64,000 nucleotides of DNA from Mycoplasmatota bacterium (GTDB taxonomy: Bacteria; Bacillota_I; Bacilli_A; MAG-NZ), in contig CP074575.1 of NCBI GenBank assembly GCA_018394315.1, positions 124,001 through 188,000 on the forward strand, written 5' to 3'. Shown here piece by piece: positions 30,739 through 40,921 of this stretch. Positions within the stretch are counted from its first letter, which is position 1. Every line of letters starts with the position of its first letter. A model generated the notes under the pieces. That model did not search any database and was not told the DNA's origin. It worked only from the letters and a program-made list of their open reading frames with translations. Made by a program: the position numbers and the translations under genes.

Positions 30739-31441
30739 ATGCAGATAGATAAGCTTCTTTAACTTTTTCATTGGATAAGAGTTCGTTAGAATCTCCTTCT
30801 ATAATAATTTTACCTGTCTCAAGTACATAGGCTTTATTCGCTATTTGTAAAGCTCTATTTGCGTTTTGTTCTACGAGTAGAATTGTTGTTCCGTTCTTGT
30901 TTATATCATTAATAATATTAAATATTTCATCTACTAATAGTGGCGCTAATCCCATCGATGGCTCATCTAACAATAAAAGTCTTGGTCTAGACATCAAAGC
31001 CCTCCCTATAGCTAACATTTGTTGTTCCCCACCTGAAAGGGTTCCAGCGGATTGCGACTCCCTTTCCTTTAATCTTGGAAACCGTCTAAATATATTTTCT
31101 AAATCTTTAGTAATCTCGTCTTTATCATTTCTACTATAAGCACCCATCAACAAATTATCCATTACAGACAAATTAGAAAACACTCTTCTACCTTCAGGTA
31201 CATGGCTCATACCCAATTTAACTATCTCATAAGGCTCTAGCCCCGACAAATCTAAATTATCATATATTACTGAGCCTGAAGATTGATTTAAAATAGAAGA
31301 AATAGTTTTAATGATAGTAGTTTTTCCAGCACCATTTGATCCAATTAGCGTTACAATTTCACCTTCAGAAACTTCAAACGAAATTCCTTTTATAGCATGA
31401 ATTTTACCATAATGAACATGCAAGTCTTTAACTTTTAGCAT
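30737..31441 (-). CDS. livF: Branched-chain amino acid ABC ATPase
   Basis: GSNGAGKT, VPEGRRVF, LSGGEQQM, DEPSMGLAP. Confidence 0.95.
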   Translation of the reverse strand: MLKVKDLHVHYGKIHAIKGISFEVSEGEIVTLIGSNGAGKTTIIKTISSILNQSSGSVIYDNLDLSGLEPYEIVKLGMSHVPEGRRVFSNLSVMDNLLMGAYSRNDKDEITKDLENIFRRFPRLKERESQSAGTLSGGEQQMLAIGRALMSRPRLLLLDEPSMGLAPLLVDEIFNIINDINKNGTTILLVEQNANRALQIANKAYVLETGKIIIEGDSNELLSNEKVKEAYLSA

Positions 31442-31452
31442 TCTATTTCCTC

Positions 31453-32211
31453 CTATTCACCTAAATATGCTTTTATAACGTTTTTATTAACTCGAATTTC
31501 TTCAGGAGTACCTTTTGCGATAATTCTACCATAGTCAATTACAACTAGTCTTTCGCATATACCCATAACTAACTTCATATCGTGCTCAATCAATAATATA
31601 GCAATATCAAATTTATTTCTTATAAAATTAATAGTTTCCATCAATTCTTCGGTCTCTTGAGGGTTCATCCCTGCAGCTGGTTCATCTAAAAGGAGAATTT
31701 TAGGTGAAGTTGCTAGAGCTCTTGCTATTTCAAGCTTTCTTTGTTTACCATATGGTAAGTTCTTAGCTAGAGTGTTAGCAAAACCATCTAACTCAAAAAC
31801 TTTTAACAACTCTAGACAAATTTTCTTGGCTTCTTTTTCTTCCTGCCAATACTTCGGAGTACGGAAAATTGAAGATATAATAGAGTAATTCATTTCGTTA
31901 TGATAAGCAATCTTAATATTATCGAGTACGGTTAGTTCCTTAAATAATCTCCAGTTAACATATTGAATATTGTAGTTTTACCAGCACCATTTGGTCCAAT
32001 AAGTCCTAATCATGCTTACATTATCAAGTAATATTTCTCCACTAGTTGGTACATATACTCCAGTTAACATATTGAATATTGTAGTTTTACCAGCACCATT
32101 TGGTCCAATAAGTCCTACTAACTCATTCTCACCTATAGATAATTCAAAGTCATCAACAGCAACTAATCCACCAAAAACCATACGCAGATTTTTAACATCT
32201 AATAATGCCAT
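31453..32211 (-). pseudogene. livG: Branched-chain amino acid ABC ATPase interrupted by an in-frame TAA inside an overwritten 57-nt block
   Basis: N-half GPNGAGKT and C-half RLFKELTVLDN...LPYGKQRKLEIARAL are in one frame, 759 nt in total; stop at 31978-31980. Confidence 0.88.
31949..32117. repeat. Exact 60-bp direct repeat (31949-32008 and 32058-32117)
   Basis: CTCCAGTTAACATATTGAATATTGTAGTTTTACCAGCACCATTTGGTCCAATAAGTCCTA occurs twice, offset by 109 bp. Confidence 0.97.
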
Positions 32212-33206
32212 TAATTGTCACTCCCATCTATAGGTTTTTTCTTTGTTCTTCTTTTGAATTTATTTAATATATTTGTCAAAGAAAATTCAGATGTTCCAAA
32301 TAGTCCTTGAGGTCTAAATAACATCATAACAATAAGTAATAAAGAGTAAATTAATAATCTGTAATTAGCAAATTCTCTTAATACTTCAGGTAAGAAAGTT
32401 AGGAATATTGAAGCTAGTATAGCTCCTGTTAAGCTTCCCATTCCTCCTAACACGACTATAACAAAAATATCAATAGACTTGATAAATCCAAATGCAGCAG
32501 GAGCTAAATAAGCCATTTGGAAAGCATAGAGTGCTCCTCCTACTCCACCAAAGAATGCAGCTACTGCAAATCCCAATATCTTATATTTTGTTATTGGTAT
32601 CCCCACCGCTTCCGCAGCTATTTCATCTTCGCGAATTGATAATATGGCTCTCCCATGTCTTGATTTCATTATTAAAACAATAATTGTAACTACAATTACA
32701 GTAGTCCAAAATGCTGTTGGGAAAGATAATATTCTTGGAATACCAGATAATCCTTGTGCTCCACCTGTAAAACCAAGATTTGTAATAATAACTTTAATTA
32801 CCTCCCCAAAACCTAAAGTCATAATACCCAAATAGTCACCACGTAATCTTAAAGCTGGAGCACCTACAATAACACCAGCCAAAGCTGCTGAGATTCCACC
32901 AACAAGAGCAGCAATAATAAAAATTATAACATTTGGTAAACTTGATGTTTTAAGCATTATTCCTGTAAGTGCAGAACTATATGCTCCAATAGCCATAAAT
33001 CCAGCATGACCCAAAACAAGTTGACCTAAAAATCCTGTAGCCATATTTAAGCTTGTTGACATAACAATACTAATGCAAACCAATACCAAAATTGTATAGT
33101 AGTATCTATTTAATACATTAGCAGAAATTAAAGAATATAATATTAAGAAAACAGCGAGTAAAGCGGCGAAGTTTCTAATGTAAGATTTCATCGAAGTATT
33201 TTTCAT
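32211..33206 (-). CDS. livM: BCAA ABC permease
   Basis: GQLVLGHAGF, LRLRGDYL, IREDEIAA, LGGMGS. Confidence 0.93.
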   Translation of the reverse strand: MKNTSMKSYIRNFAALLAVFLILYSLISANVLNRYYYTILVLVCISIVMSTSLNMATGFLGQLVLGHAGFMAIGAYSSALTGIMLKTSSLPNVIIFIIAALVGGISAALAGVIVGAPALRLRGDYLGIMTLGFGEVIKVIITNLGFTGGAQGLSGIPRILSFPTAFWTTVIVVTIIVLIMKSRHGRAILSIREDEIAAEAVGIPITKYKILGFAVAAFFGGVGGALYAFQMAYLAPAAFGFIKSIDIFVIVVLGGMGSLTGAILASIFLTFLPEVLREFANYRLLIYSLLLIVMMLFRPQGLFGTSEFSLTNILNKFKRRTKKKPIDGSDN

Positions 33207-33209
33207 ATT

Positions 33210-34103
33210 TTACACCTTCTCCTTAACATTTTTACCTAGTATACCAGTAGGTCTTACTAGTAATACTAAAATCAATATTCCAAATACTATTGCGTCTGCC
33301 CAAGAACTTGAAATATACCCCTTTGTCAGTGTTTCAACGATTCCAATAGTAAATCCACCAAGCATCGCTCCAGGAATGCTTCCGATTCCTCCGAATACTG
33401 CAGCAACGAACGCCTTCAGACCAGGCATTGTACCCATCGTTGGATAAACTTGTGTATATGCAACACTATATAATACACCACCCAAAGCACCTAAAGCAGA
33501 ACCAAGTGCAAAAGTTAGCGAGATAATTCTATTTACATTTATACCCATAAGTACTGCAGCTTCTTTATCCTCAGAAACAGCTCGCATTGCTTTACCGGAC
33601 TTAGTTTTTTGGATAAACAGTTGAAGCAATACCATAAACAATACAGAAATTATGATAGTTAATATAGTAATTTTAGGTATACCAATGCTTCCTATAAAAA
33701 TTGGCTCTTTAGATACTAATCCAGGCATAACCTTAGGTTCAGCTCCAAATATTACTAGAGCTAAGTTTTGTAAAAATAAACTCATACCTATTGCAGTAAT
33801 TAAAGCAGAAATTCTAGGCGCCGTTCTTAGTTTTTTATACGCAATTCTCTCTATAATGATACCGATTAATGCTGCTAACCCCATCGAAATTAAGATAATA
33901 ACAATAAGTGGTAACTCTATAGGTAATGTTGTTGCTATTAAGAATGCAAAATATGCGCCAAGCATCATTACTTCACCATGGGCAAAGTTTATTAATTTGA
34001 TAATTCCGTATACCATTGTGTACCCAATTGCCACTAATGCATATATACTTCCAACATTTAATCCATTAATTAATTGTTTAATTAATATTTCCATAAATTC
34101 CAC
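33210..34103 (-). CDS. livH: BCAA ABC permease
   Basis: YALVAIGYTMVYG, NFAHGE, GKAMRA, GGIGSIPGA. Confidence 0.94.
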   Translation of the reverse strand: MEFMEILIKQLINGLNVGSIYALVAIGYTMVYGIIKLINFAHGEVMMLGAYFAFLIATTLPIELPLIVIILISMGLAALIGIIIERIAYKKLRTAPRISALITAIGMSLFLQNLALVIFGAEPKVMPGLVSKEPIFIGSIGIPKITILTIIISVLFMVLLQLFIQKTKSGKAMRAVSEDKEAAVLMGINVNRIISLTFALGSALGALGGVLYSVAYTQVYPTMGTMPGLKAFVAAVFGGIGSIPGAMLGGFTIGIVETLTKGYISSSWADAIVFGILILVLLVRPTGILGKNVKEKV

Positions 34104-34125
34104 CCCAAAAAGTTCTATTTAAATA

Positions 34126-34159
34126 TAATAATAAGGAAGGAATTTACCCTCCTTATTAT
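34126..34159 (-). terminator. Hairpin between the binding-protein gene and livH
   Basis: ATAATAAGGAAGG-loop-CCCTCCTTATTAT. Confidence 0.6.
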
Positions 34160-34172
34160 GTAAAGTAATGTC

Positions 34173-35294
34173 CTATTTTGCTTCTACCTTATCAACTAAC
34201 AAATGCTCTCCGTCAAGTAATTGAATCATAGAAATTGACTTAACAGGATCTCCATTAGAATCAAACTGAATCGAACCTGTCACTGCATTTTCAAATTTAA
34301 GTGATGCTAACTCACTAACGACTTTAGCATACTCAGTACTTCCTGCTTCTTCAATTGCCTTCACCATAGCATACACAGCATCGTAAGCTAAAGCCGCTAA
34401 TGAATTTGGAGATTCATTATACTTGGCTTCATATGCAGAAATGAAATTTTGTATAACTTCAGCTTCATCAGCCTTTGAATAATGGCTACCGAAGTAATAC
34501 CCATCAGCAACTTCAGCATAGTCATCTTCAATTCCATCCCATCCATCTCCACCGATAAATGGTACAGTCATCCCTAAATCTTTTGCTTGTGTTAAAACAG
34601 CTCCAACTTCAGCAACGTATCCAGGTAAGAATATTGCCTCAGCATCAGTAGCAGCGATTTTTGTTAACAAAGAACTATAATCGTCATCCCCAGCACTGTA
34701 TGCTTCCGTAATTACAACTTCTCCACTCGCTTCAAACTCTTCGATAAATGCCATAGCTAATCCTTCAGAGTAAGCATCATCTTTGTTGTATAGTACAGCC
34801 GCTTTATCAACTGATAATGAATCAGATGCAAATACAGCTGCAACAGATCCTTGATAAGAATCCGTATAACATGCTCTAAATACATTTTCAGCATTCAAAG
34901 TTACTTCAGGATGAGTTGCTGTTGGAGTTAAAACAGGTACACCATCTAAAACAGCTAAATCTTTAATTGCTAACGTAACACCACTAAATGTCGCACCGAC
35001 TAATGCAGTGATTTCATCTTCATTCAGTAATCTATTATAAGCATTTACGCCCTCAGTTCCATCACCTTTACTATCATAAGCAATAACCTGCCCATCTAAA
35101 CCAAGTACACCGCCATTAGCATTAATTTCTTCCATTGCTAATTCAGCTCCTTGTTTAACCGCAACACCGTATAGACTGTAGTCTCCAGTTAAAGGACCAA
35201 TAACCCCAATTTTTACATTTTTCCCACTAGAACTACACGCTGAAAAGCTTAATAATGCCATAATTGCTACAATAATTGTTAATGCTTTTTTCAT
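34173..35294 (-). CDS. BCAA ABC substrate-binding lipoprotein (LivK/J-like)
   Basis: Lipobox FSAC, GPLTG, INANGG, YDAV; start ATG 35294. Confidence 0.9.
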   Translation of the reverse strand: MKKALTIIVAIMALLSFSACSSSGKNVKIGVIGPLTGDYSLYGVAVKQGAELAMEEINANGGVLGLDGQVIAYDSKGDGTEGVNAYNRLLNEDEITALVGATFSGVTLAIKDLAVLDGVPVLTPTATHPEVTLNAENVFRACYTDSYQGSVAAVFASDSLSVDKAAVLYNKDDAYSEGLAMAFIEEFEASGEVVITEAYSAGDDDYSSLLTKIAATDAEAIFLPGYVAEVGAVLTQAKDLGMTVPFIGGDGWDGIEDDYAEVADGYYFGSHYSKADEAEVIQNFISAYEAKYNESPNSLAALAYDAVYAMVKAIEEAGSTEYAKVVSELASLKFENAVTGSIQFDSNGDPVKSISMIQLLDGEHLLVDKVEAK

Positions 35295-35474
35295 TTTTTC
35301 CCCTACTTTCATTTAGATATATTGCGAGAATACTATCATAAAATAATTACCAGTTCAAGTTTTTTTTTAATTTGGTATTTTTAGAATGAAAGATAACCTT
35401 TTCATTGATATTGGTCATTTTTTCATAAAAAAAAATCCCGAAACTTCAGGATTATCATTTATTGTAAATAACTA

Positions 35475-36080
35475 TTATTGTTTTATACTTACACCATATT
35501 TTAAGATATTAATTCTCTTATTATACACTTCAAGAGCCTCTTCTATTGAATAAAAATCAACTTTAATAAAAGCAATTATTCTTTCAACCGCAGAAATAAT
35601 AAGATTAAATAAATCTAATATATCTTCGGGTTTTTCTAGTCTTACTTTAGTTGTATCAACTAAATTAAATATATCTGATATTTTCTTAACTAGATTATTT
35701 GTATATCTCTTCGCATACAAATATGATTCTGAGAAATCAATATTGAAAATTCTACTTACTGAATTAGTATATGTTTCAGGAGATCTAACAAATTCTATAA
35801 ATGTATTTTGAATTGATGAGAAGAATTCCCCACTAGAACTTATCAATTCGTTTTTAAAAATGTTAATAACTCCATCGGCAACTTTTTCTAAAATGTAGTA
35901 GTAAAGTTCATCAATGCACTCAAAATACTTATAAAAACTAGCCCTTGATATATTAACTCTTTTAATAATTCTTACAACCTTTGCACCCTTAAGTGTATAT
36001 AAATCAAATTCTTCAATAGCTGAATCAATAATCATCTGTTTTTTATGTGGCTTTAGATTAAAAAATGTTTTACTTGGCAT
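35475..36080 (-). CDS. TetR-family regulator
   Basis: MPSKTFFNL..K, ISRASFYKYF HTH. Confidence 0.88.
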   Translation of the reverse strand: MPSKTFFNLKPHKKQMIIDSAIEEFDLYTLKGAKVVRIIKRVNISRASFYKYFECIDELYYYILEKVADGVINIFKNELISSSGEFFSSIQNTFIEFVRSPETYTNSVSRIFNIDFSESYLYAKRYTNNLVKKISDIFNLVDTTKVRLEKPEDILDLFNLIISAVERIIAFIKVDFYSIEEALEVYNKRINILKYGVSIKQ

Positions 36081-36094
36081 AAGTTCCTCCCGAA

Positions 36095-36562
36095 TTATTC
36101 ATAATTTTGTAATAACGCGATCACAGGTACTAATAAAAAGATAACCCAATGAGGATGCCATAAATCTAAAAAGAAACCTAGATATAGATAAATAATTATT
36201 ATGATAGAAGCTGATATTGGAATTACAGAATACTTAAACCGGTAAAATTTAGCATTATAAACTAATACAAGAAAAGGAATAAATGAGACTATTATTAATG
36301 TGTCAATCCAGTTACTAGTAAAATATGCTACACCTACATAAAGTAAAGTAATAAATGGAATCAACCCTCGATAAAACAATGGACCCCTTGTATAGTTGAA
36401 TAACAAATCAAGTAACCACCACAAAAACACAGGAAATCCATATAAGTACCAAGTGGAACTCCACATATCTTTTGTAAATCCAATCCATATATATACTATT
36501 GAAATCAAAATAATTGAAGATGCTACTAATTTAAGTGCATTAACCAATTTTATTCTTTTCAC
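36095..36562 (-). CDS. Membrane protein with a WHP-type motif
   Basis: Hydrophobic; LWHPHWVIFLLVP near the C-terminus. Confidence 0.7.
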   Translation of the reverse strand: MKRIKLVNALKLVASSIILISIVYIWIGFTKDMWSSTWYLYGFPVFLWWLLDLLFNYTRGPLFYRGLIPFITLLYVGVAYFTSNWIDTLIIVSFIPFLVLVYNAKFYRFKYSVIPISASIIIIIYLYLGFFLDLWHPHWVIFLLVPVIALLQNYE

Positions 36563-36590
36563 AATATCACCTTTCCCTTTTTATATGATA

Positions 36591-37256
36591 TCACAAAATA
36601 TAATAAGCGACAGCAAAATAATGAAATAACGCACCAGCAAGGACAAAAATATGCCAAACAAAATGGTGATATTTAAATTTACTAAGTGCATAAATAAATG
36701 CTCCAATTGTATATACGACTCCGCCAATAATTAAGTAAATTACTCCTTGGGTAGACATCGAACTTATTATTTGTTTTATTAATATAATCGATAACCATCC
36801 CATAACTACATAAGCTAAGGTAGCTAAGAAATTATACTTACCTATAAACAATGATTTGAAAACTATTCCTAATAATGTGATTAAGATGAGTATTCCATAT
36901 ACAATATAAGCTAAATCAGTTTTTGCAGCGCTAAAAACAAAAGGAGTATAAGTACCTAATATTAATATAAAAACGAAACTATGATCTAATCTCTTGAATA
37001 TACTCCTAGTAGTATAGTGTCTAATTCCATGATACAAAGTACTCATTAAAAACATTAAAAATAGTGTAATTCCATAAAAAGAAAACGCAATTACATCTGT
37101 TATATCCCCTTTAGTACTTGCTATATAAACCAATTGAATTAATGAAATTCCAGCAATCACTGCACCAATTCCATGACTTACAGAATTAGCAATGTCTTCT
37201 CCAATTTTATATGGAAATAATTTCTCCCTTGGTATTTTCATATTAATCGATTTCAT
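36591..37256 (-). CDS. Hemolysin III/TrhA (PAQR) membrane protein
   Basis: ANSVSHG, STLYH, DHSF, GTYTP, HFVWHIFV. Confidence 0.92.
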   Translation of the reverse strand: MKSINMKIPREKLFPYKIGEDIANSVSHGIGAVIAGISLIQLVYIASTKGDITDVIAFSFYGITLFLMFLMSTLYHGIRHYTTRSIFKRLDHSFVFILILGTYTPFVFSAAKTDLAYIVYGILILITLLGIVFKSLFIGKYNFLATLAYVVMGWLSIILIKQIISSMSTQGVIYLIIGGVVYTIGAFIYALSKFKYHHFVWHIFVLAGALFHYFAVAYYIL

Positions 37257-38091
37257 ATGCCGCCACTCCTATAATACCTGGGCCTGTATGAACACCAAGT
37301 ACAGGTGTGATTTCACATATATCAATTTCATTTACGTTAAGTTCTAATTTTAACCTATTCAAAAACTTTTGAGCTTTTTCTAGGTTATTACCATAATGAA
37401 CAGTTAAGTTTATTTTCTTACTATGATACTTCTCAAGTAAAACATCAACTAATTTCGTAAGTGCGCGATTGTTTCCTCTTGCCTTGACTCTCGTATAATA
37501 AATACCATCATCACCTACGCATATTATTGGCTTAATTCTAAGAATATCTGCAATTGTTCCTTCCACTTTTCCAATACGTCCACCAGCTTTTAAATATTTA
37601 AGAGTCTCGATAGAAAATATAGTAATCATCTTGTTAAACCTTATATCATCAAGATTAGTGACTATCTCATTAAGCTCAAGACCATTATCTATCATCTTAT
37701 TGGCTTCCATTACTAGATAACCAAGTCCCATTCCAAGTGTTTTAGAATCATATAGTGCAATCTCTATTCCCTTAGTTTCAGTAGCTACTAATCTAAAAAC
37801 ATTATGGGTACCACTAAGATTTGATGAAAGATTTATAATCAGTAACTTTTCATAACCTTTATTCTTGATACTTTCTATAATTTCTTCTACATCGCCAACA
37901 TTTGATAAACTAGTTTTCACATCATGTGCATCAAGCTTTTCATATACCTCACTAGAAGAAATTTCGATTTGATCTTTAAATATTTTGCCATCCATAGAAA
38001 TGTTTAATGGTAGTACAAATATATTCTTATTATTCAAAAGATAATCTTTTGATAAATTGCATGTTGAATCAGTTAATATTGCTGTTTTCAT
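37243..38091 (-). CDS. DegV-family protein
   Basis: TDSTC, SSNLSGT, LKAGGRI, HTGPG. Confidence 0.93.
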   Translation of the reverse strand: MKTAILTDSTCNLSKDYLLNNKNIFVLPLNISMDGKIFKDQIEISSSEVYEKLDAHDVKTSLSNVGDVEEIIESIKNKGYEKLLIINLSSNLSGTHNVFRLVATETKGIEIALYDSKTLGMGLGYLVMEANKMIDNGLELNEIVTNLDDIRFNKMITIFSIETLKYLKAGGRIGKVEGTIADILRIKPIICVGDDGIYYTRVKARGNNRALTKLVDVLLEKYHSKKINLTVHYGNNLEKAQKFLNRLKLELNVNEIDICEITPVLGVHTGPGIIGVAAYEID

Positions 38092-38149
38092 AATACACCT
38101 CCTATAATTATTTTATTTTATAGACATTAACTAAACAATAAACAAAAAA

Positions 38150-38207
38150 CTAAAGATGTATACTCTTTAGATATCAAGGAAAAAATCTCTTTATAATAAG
38201 AGATTTT
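38150..38207 (-). terminator. Two tandem terminator-like hairpins after the ABC permease
   Basis: AAAATCTCT/AGAGATTTT (about 38182-38207) and CTAAAGA/TCTTTAG (38150-38170), each followed by a T run on the minus strand. Confidence 0.6.
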
Positions 38208-38988
38208 ATTTATATTTTATTAGTATTGACTCTAGATATAATAATAAGAAATACATTATACTAGTTAATACTCCTAGTAATACTATACTCATCATAACCA
38301 AATCCAGCTGGAATACTTGACTTCCATATATAATCAAGTGCCCGAGGCCTGCTCTAGATACTAAAAACTCACCCATTATGACTCCAACCCACGTTAATCC
38401 CATTGTCACTTTTAATGTTGAGATAATTGTTGGATAATTAGAAGGTATTATCACTTTAATTAATAGTTGTAATTTATTCGCTCCAAGTGATTCAAGCAAT
38501 TTAATTTTATCCTTATCAACTTCGTTAAATCCGCTTAAGATATTTAAGATAGTTACAACCAAAGATATTAGCACAGTCATAGTAATAATTGATTTCAATC
38601 CATTTCCAGCCCAAACAATAATAATTGGACCAAGAGCCACTTTTGGAAGTGCATTTAAAATAACTAAATACGGATCGAAAACCTTATTAAGAAAATCTGA
38701 CCACCATAGAATTATTGCGATAAGAAAACCAAGCCCTGTACCAAGTATAAATCCTATCATTACCTCAAGTAACGTCTGAAAAATATGAGTATAAACTGTG
38801 TCATTAGATTTAATAAATGTTGATATAATTTTTGAAGGAGACGAGGTAATAAATGAATCAATCAATCCGACTTTAGCTGCAATTTCCCACACTATAATAA
38901 ACATTAATAATAAGACAATTTGAGTGGCTAATATGGAGAGTTTTCTTTTTTTAATTTTTTTGATATATTTAGAACGTTCATTAGTCAT
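38206..38988 (-). CDS. NitT/TauT-type ABC permease (YtlD-like)
   Basis: NALPKVALGP, GEFLVSRAGLG. Confidence 0.88.
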   Translation of the reverse strand: MTNERSKYIKKIKKRKLSILATQIVLLLMFIIVWEIAAKVGLIDSFITSSPSKIISTFIKSNDTVYTHIFQTLLEVMIGFILGTGLGFLIAIILWWSDFLNKVFDPYLVILNALPKVALGPIIIVWAGNGLKSIITMTVLISLVVTILNILSGFNEVDKDKIKLLESLGANKLQLLIKVIIPSNYPTIISTLKVTMGLTWVGVIMGEFLVSRAGLGHLIIYGSQVFQLDLVMMSIVLLGVLTSIMYFLLLYLESILIKYK

Positions 38989-39715
38989 AATTCTTCAACT
39001 CATTCCAAATATAATCAAAATATCCAGGAAACTTAGTGTTTCTTCTTCTTTCTAGAGGAGAAAGTCTATTAAAATCTAATTTAACAACTTTTTGTACCGA
39101 TGCTGGCCTTTCAGATAAAATCACAATCCTATCAGAAAGAGATATTGCTTCAGCTATATCATGAGTTACGAAAATAGCAGTTTTGTTTTCCTTCCTCAAT
39201 ATCTTCCAAACATCCTCACCAACCAATAGCCTAGTTTGTGAATCCAATGCTGAGAAAGCTTCATCAAGTAGTAAGACATTAGGTTTAATAGCTAGTGTTC
39301 TTATTAAGGCAACTCTTTGTCTCATTCCACCTGATAACTGATGAGGATGATGATCTTTAAAATCAATAAGACCATATCTTTTTAGTAAATCAAGAGTGTA
39401 TTCCTTGGATTCATCAATATCCATTTTCTGAATTTCAGGTCCTATTAAACAATTATCGAAAATCGTTCTCCATTCAAAAAGGTGATCTCTTTGAAGCATA
39501 TACCCGATTTTCCCTTTAACATAAATCGAACCAGATTGTGGTTTAATTAAACTGGATATAAGATTAAGAATTGTTGACTTCCCACAACCAGATGGTCCAA
39601 TGACACTAATGAATTCCCCTTCTTTAACATCGAATGACACATCTTTAAGTGTTTCTGTTTCTGATTCCTTAGACTGAAAAGTATGAGATACATTTTTTAA
39701 ACTAATTTTAATCAT
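38981..39715 (-). CDS. NitT/TauT-type ABC ATPase (YtlC-like)
   Basis: GPSGCGKST, YMLQRDHLFEWR, LSGGMRQR. Confidence 0.9.
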   Translation of the reverse strand: MIKISLKNVSHTFQSKESETETLKDVSFDVKEGEFISVIGPSGCGKSTILNLISSLIKPQSGSIYVKGKIGYMLQRDHLFEWRTIFDNCLIGPEIQKMDIDESKEYTLDLLKRYGLIDFKDHHPHQLSGGMRQRVALIRTLAIKPNVLLLDEAFSALDSQTRLLVGEDVWKILRKENKTAIFVTHDIAEAISLSDRIVILSERPASVQKVVKLDFNRLSPLERRRNTKFPGYFDYIWNELKNYD

Positions 39716-39734
39716 AAGTATCTCCCCCTATATA

Positions 39735-40715
39735 TTACTTAAGAGCTTTTTCTGCAAATGAATTGTTAATTACAATTTCTGAGTTAATTCTCTTTTCTAA
39801 ATGTCCTGATTCAATTATTATATCTTGTAAATAATCGAAGCTTTCTACCTCAAGCAGTGGGTTCAAATCCCAAATTGACTGATCCTTATATCTTTGAACT
39901 GACATTTGAATTAGTTCAATATCTGTCTCTTTAAAGAATGGTTTAATCTCATTCGCTATGTCTTCTGAGTTATTTTCACTTACCCAAATTTGTGCTCTAT
40001 AGATTGCGTTAGTAAATTTTTGAATTATATCCTTATTTTCTTCAATATAACTTTTCTCAGCCATATAAACCGTATATGGTAATTCACCACTTGATTGACC
40101 AATTGATGATAAAACGTGATATCCATTTAGTTCCATCATACTTGCAGTTGGCTCAAATAAAGCTACGTAGTCCCCCGTTCCTGAAGAAAATGCTCCTGCA
40201 GTAGCCGTGAATGCTAAGTTTGTTATCACTTCTAAGTCATCATTAGGTGTTAGACCATTTTCTTTTAGAATATGCTCTAGTACTATTTCAGGCATTCCTC
40301 CAGGTCTACCACCAATAATTGTAGTATCTCCTAAATTCTCCCATGCGAAATTTTCTTCATTCCTTCCGACTAAAAATGAACCATCTTTTTGAGTTAATTG
40401 AGCAAAATTCACAATGTAATCTTCTTTTCCTTGATTATACACATATATAGTCGCCTCAGCCCCAGCTAAACCGATATCAGACTCCCCAGATAAAATACTT
40501 GTAACTACCTTATCAGCACCATAGGCTGTTGTATATTCAACTTGTAACCCTTCATCCTCAAAATACCCTTTGTTAAGCGCAACATATTGAGGCGCATAAA
40601 ACACAGAGTGTACAACTTCAGAAAGTCTCACCAATTGAAGTTCATCAGACTCTTTATCACATCCTACAGTTAATAATGTAAATAAAGTTAAAAATAAAAT
40701 TAAAACTTTTTTCAT
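39735..40715 (-). CDS. NMT1/THI5-like ABC binding lipoprotein (YtlA-like)
   Basis: Lipobox TVGC, EVVHSVFYAPQYVA, GGRPGGMP. Confidence 0.88.
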   Translation of the reverse strand: MKKVLILFLTLFTLLTVGCDKESDELQLVRLSEVVHSVFYAPQYVALNKGYFEDEGLQVEYTTAYGADKVVTSILSGESDIGLAGAEATIYVYNQGKEDYIVNFAQLTQKDGSFLVGRNEENFAWENLGDTTIIGGRPGGMPEIVLEHILKENGLTPNDDLEVITNLAFTATAGAFSSGTGDYVALFEPTASMMELNGYHVLSSIGQSSGELPYTVYMAEKSYIEENKDIIQKFTNAIYRAQIWVSENNSEDIANEIKPFFKETDIELIQMSVQRYKDQSIWDLNPLLEVESFDYLQDIIIESGHLEKRINSEIVINNSFAEKALK

Positions 40716-40741
40716 ATTTCCCTCCCTTTGTTAAACTAATT

Positions 40742-40770
40742 TATTTTATGGGTTTAAGCATCTATTTGTG
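40742..40770 (-). promoter_or_regulatory. Putative sigmaK-type promoter
   Basis: Minus strand CACA-N16-CATAAAATA, matching mACm-N16-CATAnnnTA. Confidence 0.5.
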
Positions 40771-40921
40771 ATGCACTTTTGTAGTTTAAGTTATTTAATT
40801 CAAAGATAGAAAATAATTGAAATATATTATCAAAATCTTAGAAAAGTAACATAATATAGTATATAATTAGGTTGATCTAAAATATGGGACTTGTTTACAA
40901 GCCTAAAATTAAGGAGAAGAA

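Noticed and set aside
31949..32117. 60-bp repeat as CRISPR, DGR template/variable repeat or IS scar
   Set aside because: Only two identical copies of livG coding sequence; no adenine-specific mismatches, spacers, reverse transcriptase, cas or transposase nearby.
31453..32211. livG as a naturally split two-gene ATPase (77 aa + 146 aa)
   Set aside because: The Q-loop is missing, the second ORF has no clear RBS, and both halves share one frame.
40868..40906. Possible pan RNA motif or hairpin before panT
   Set aside because: Short, weak stem (CTTGT-tt-ACAAG) with no recognisable two-hairpin architecture.
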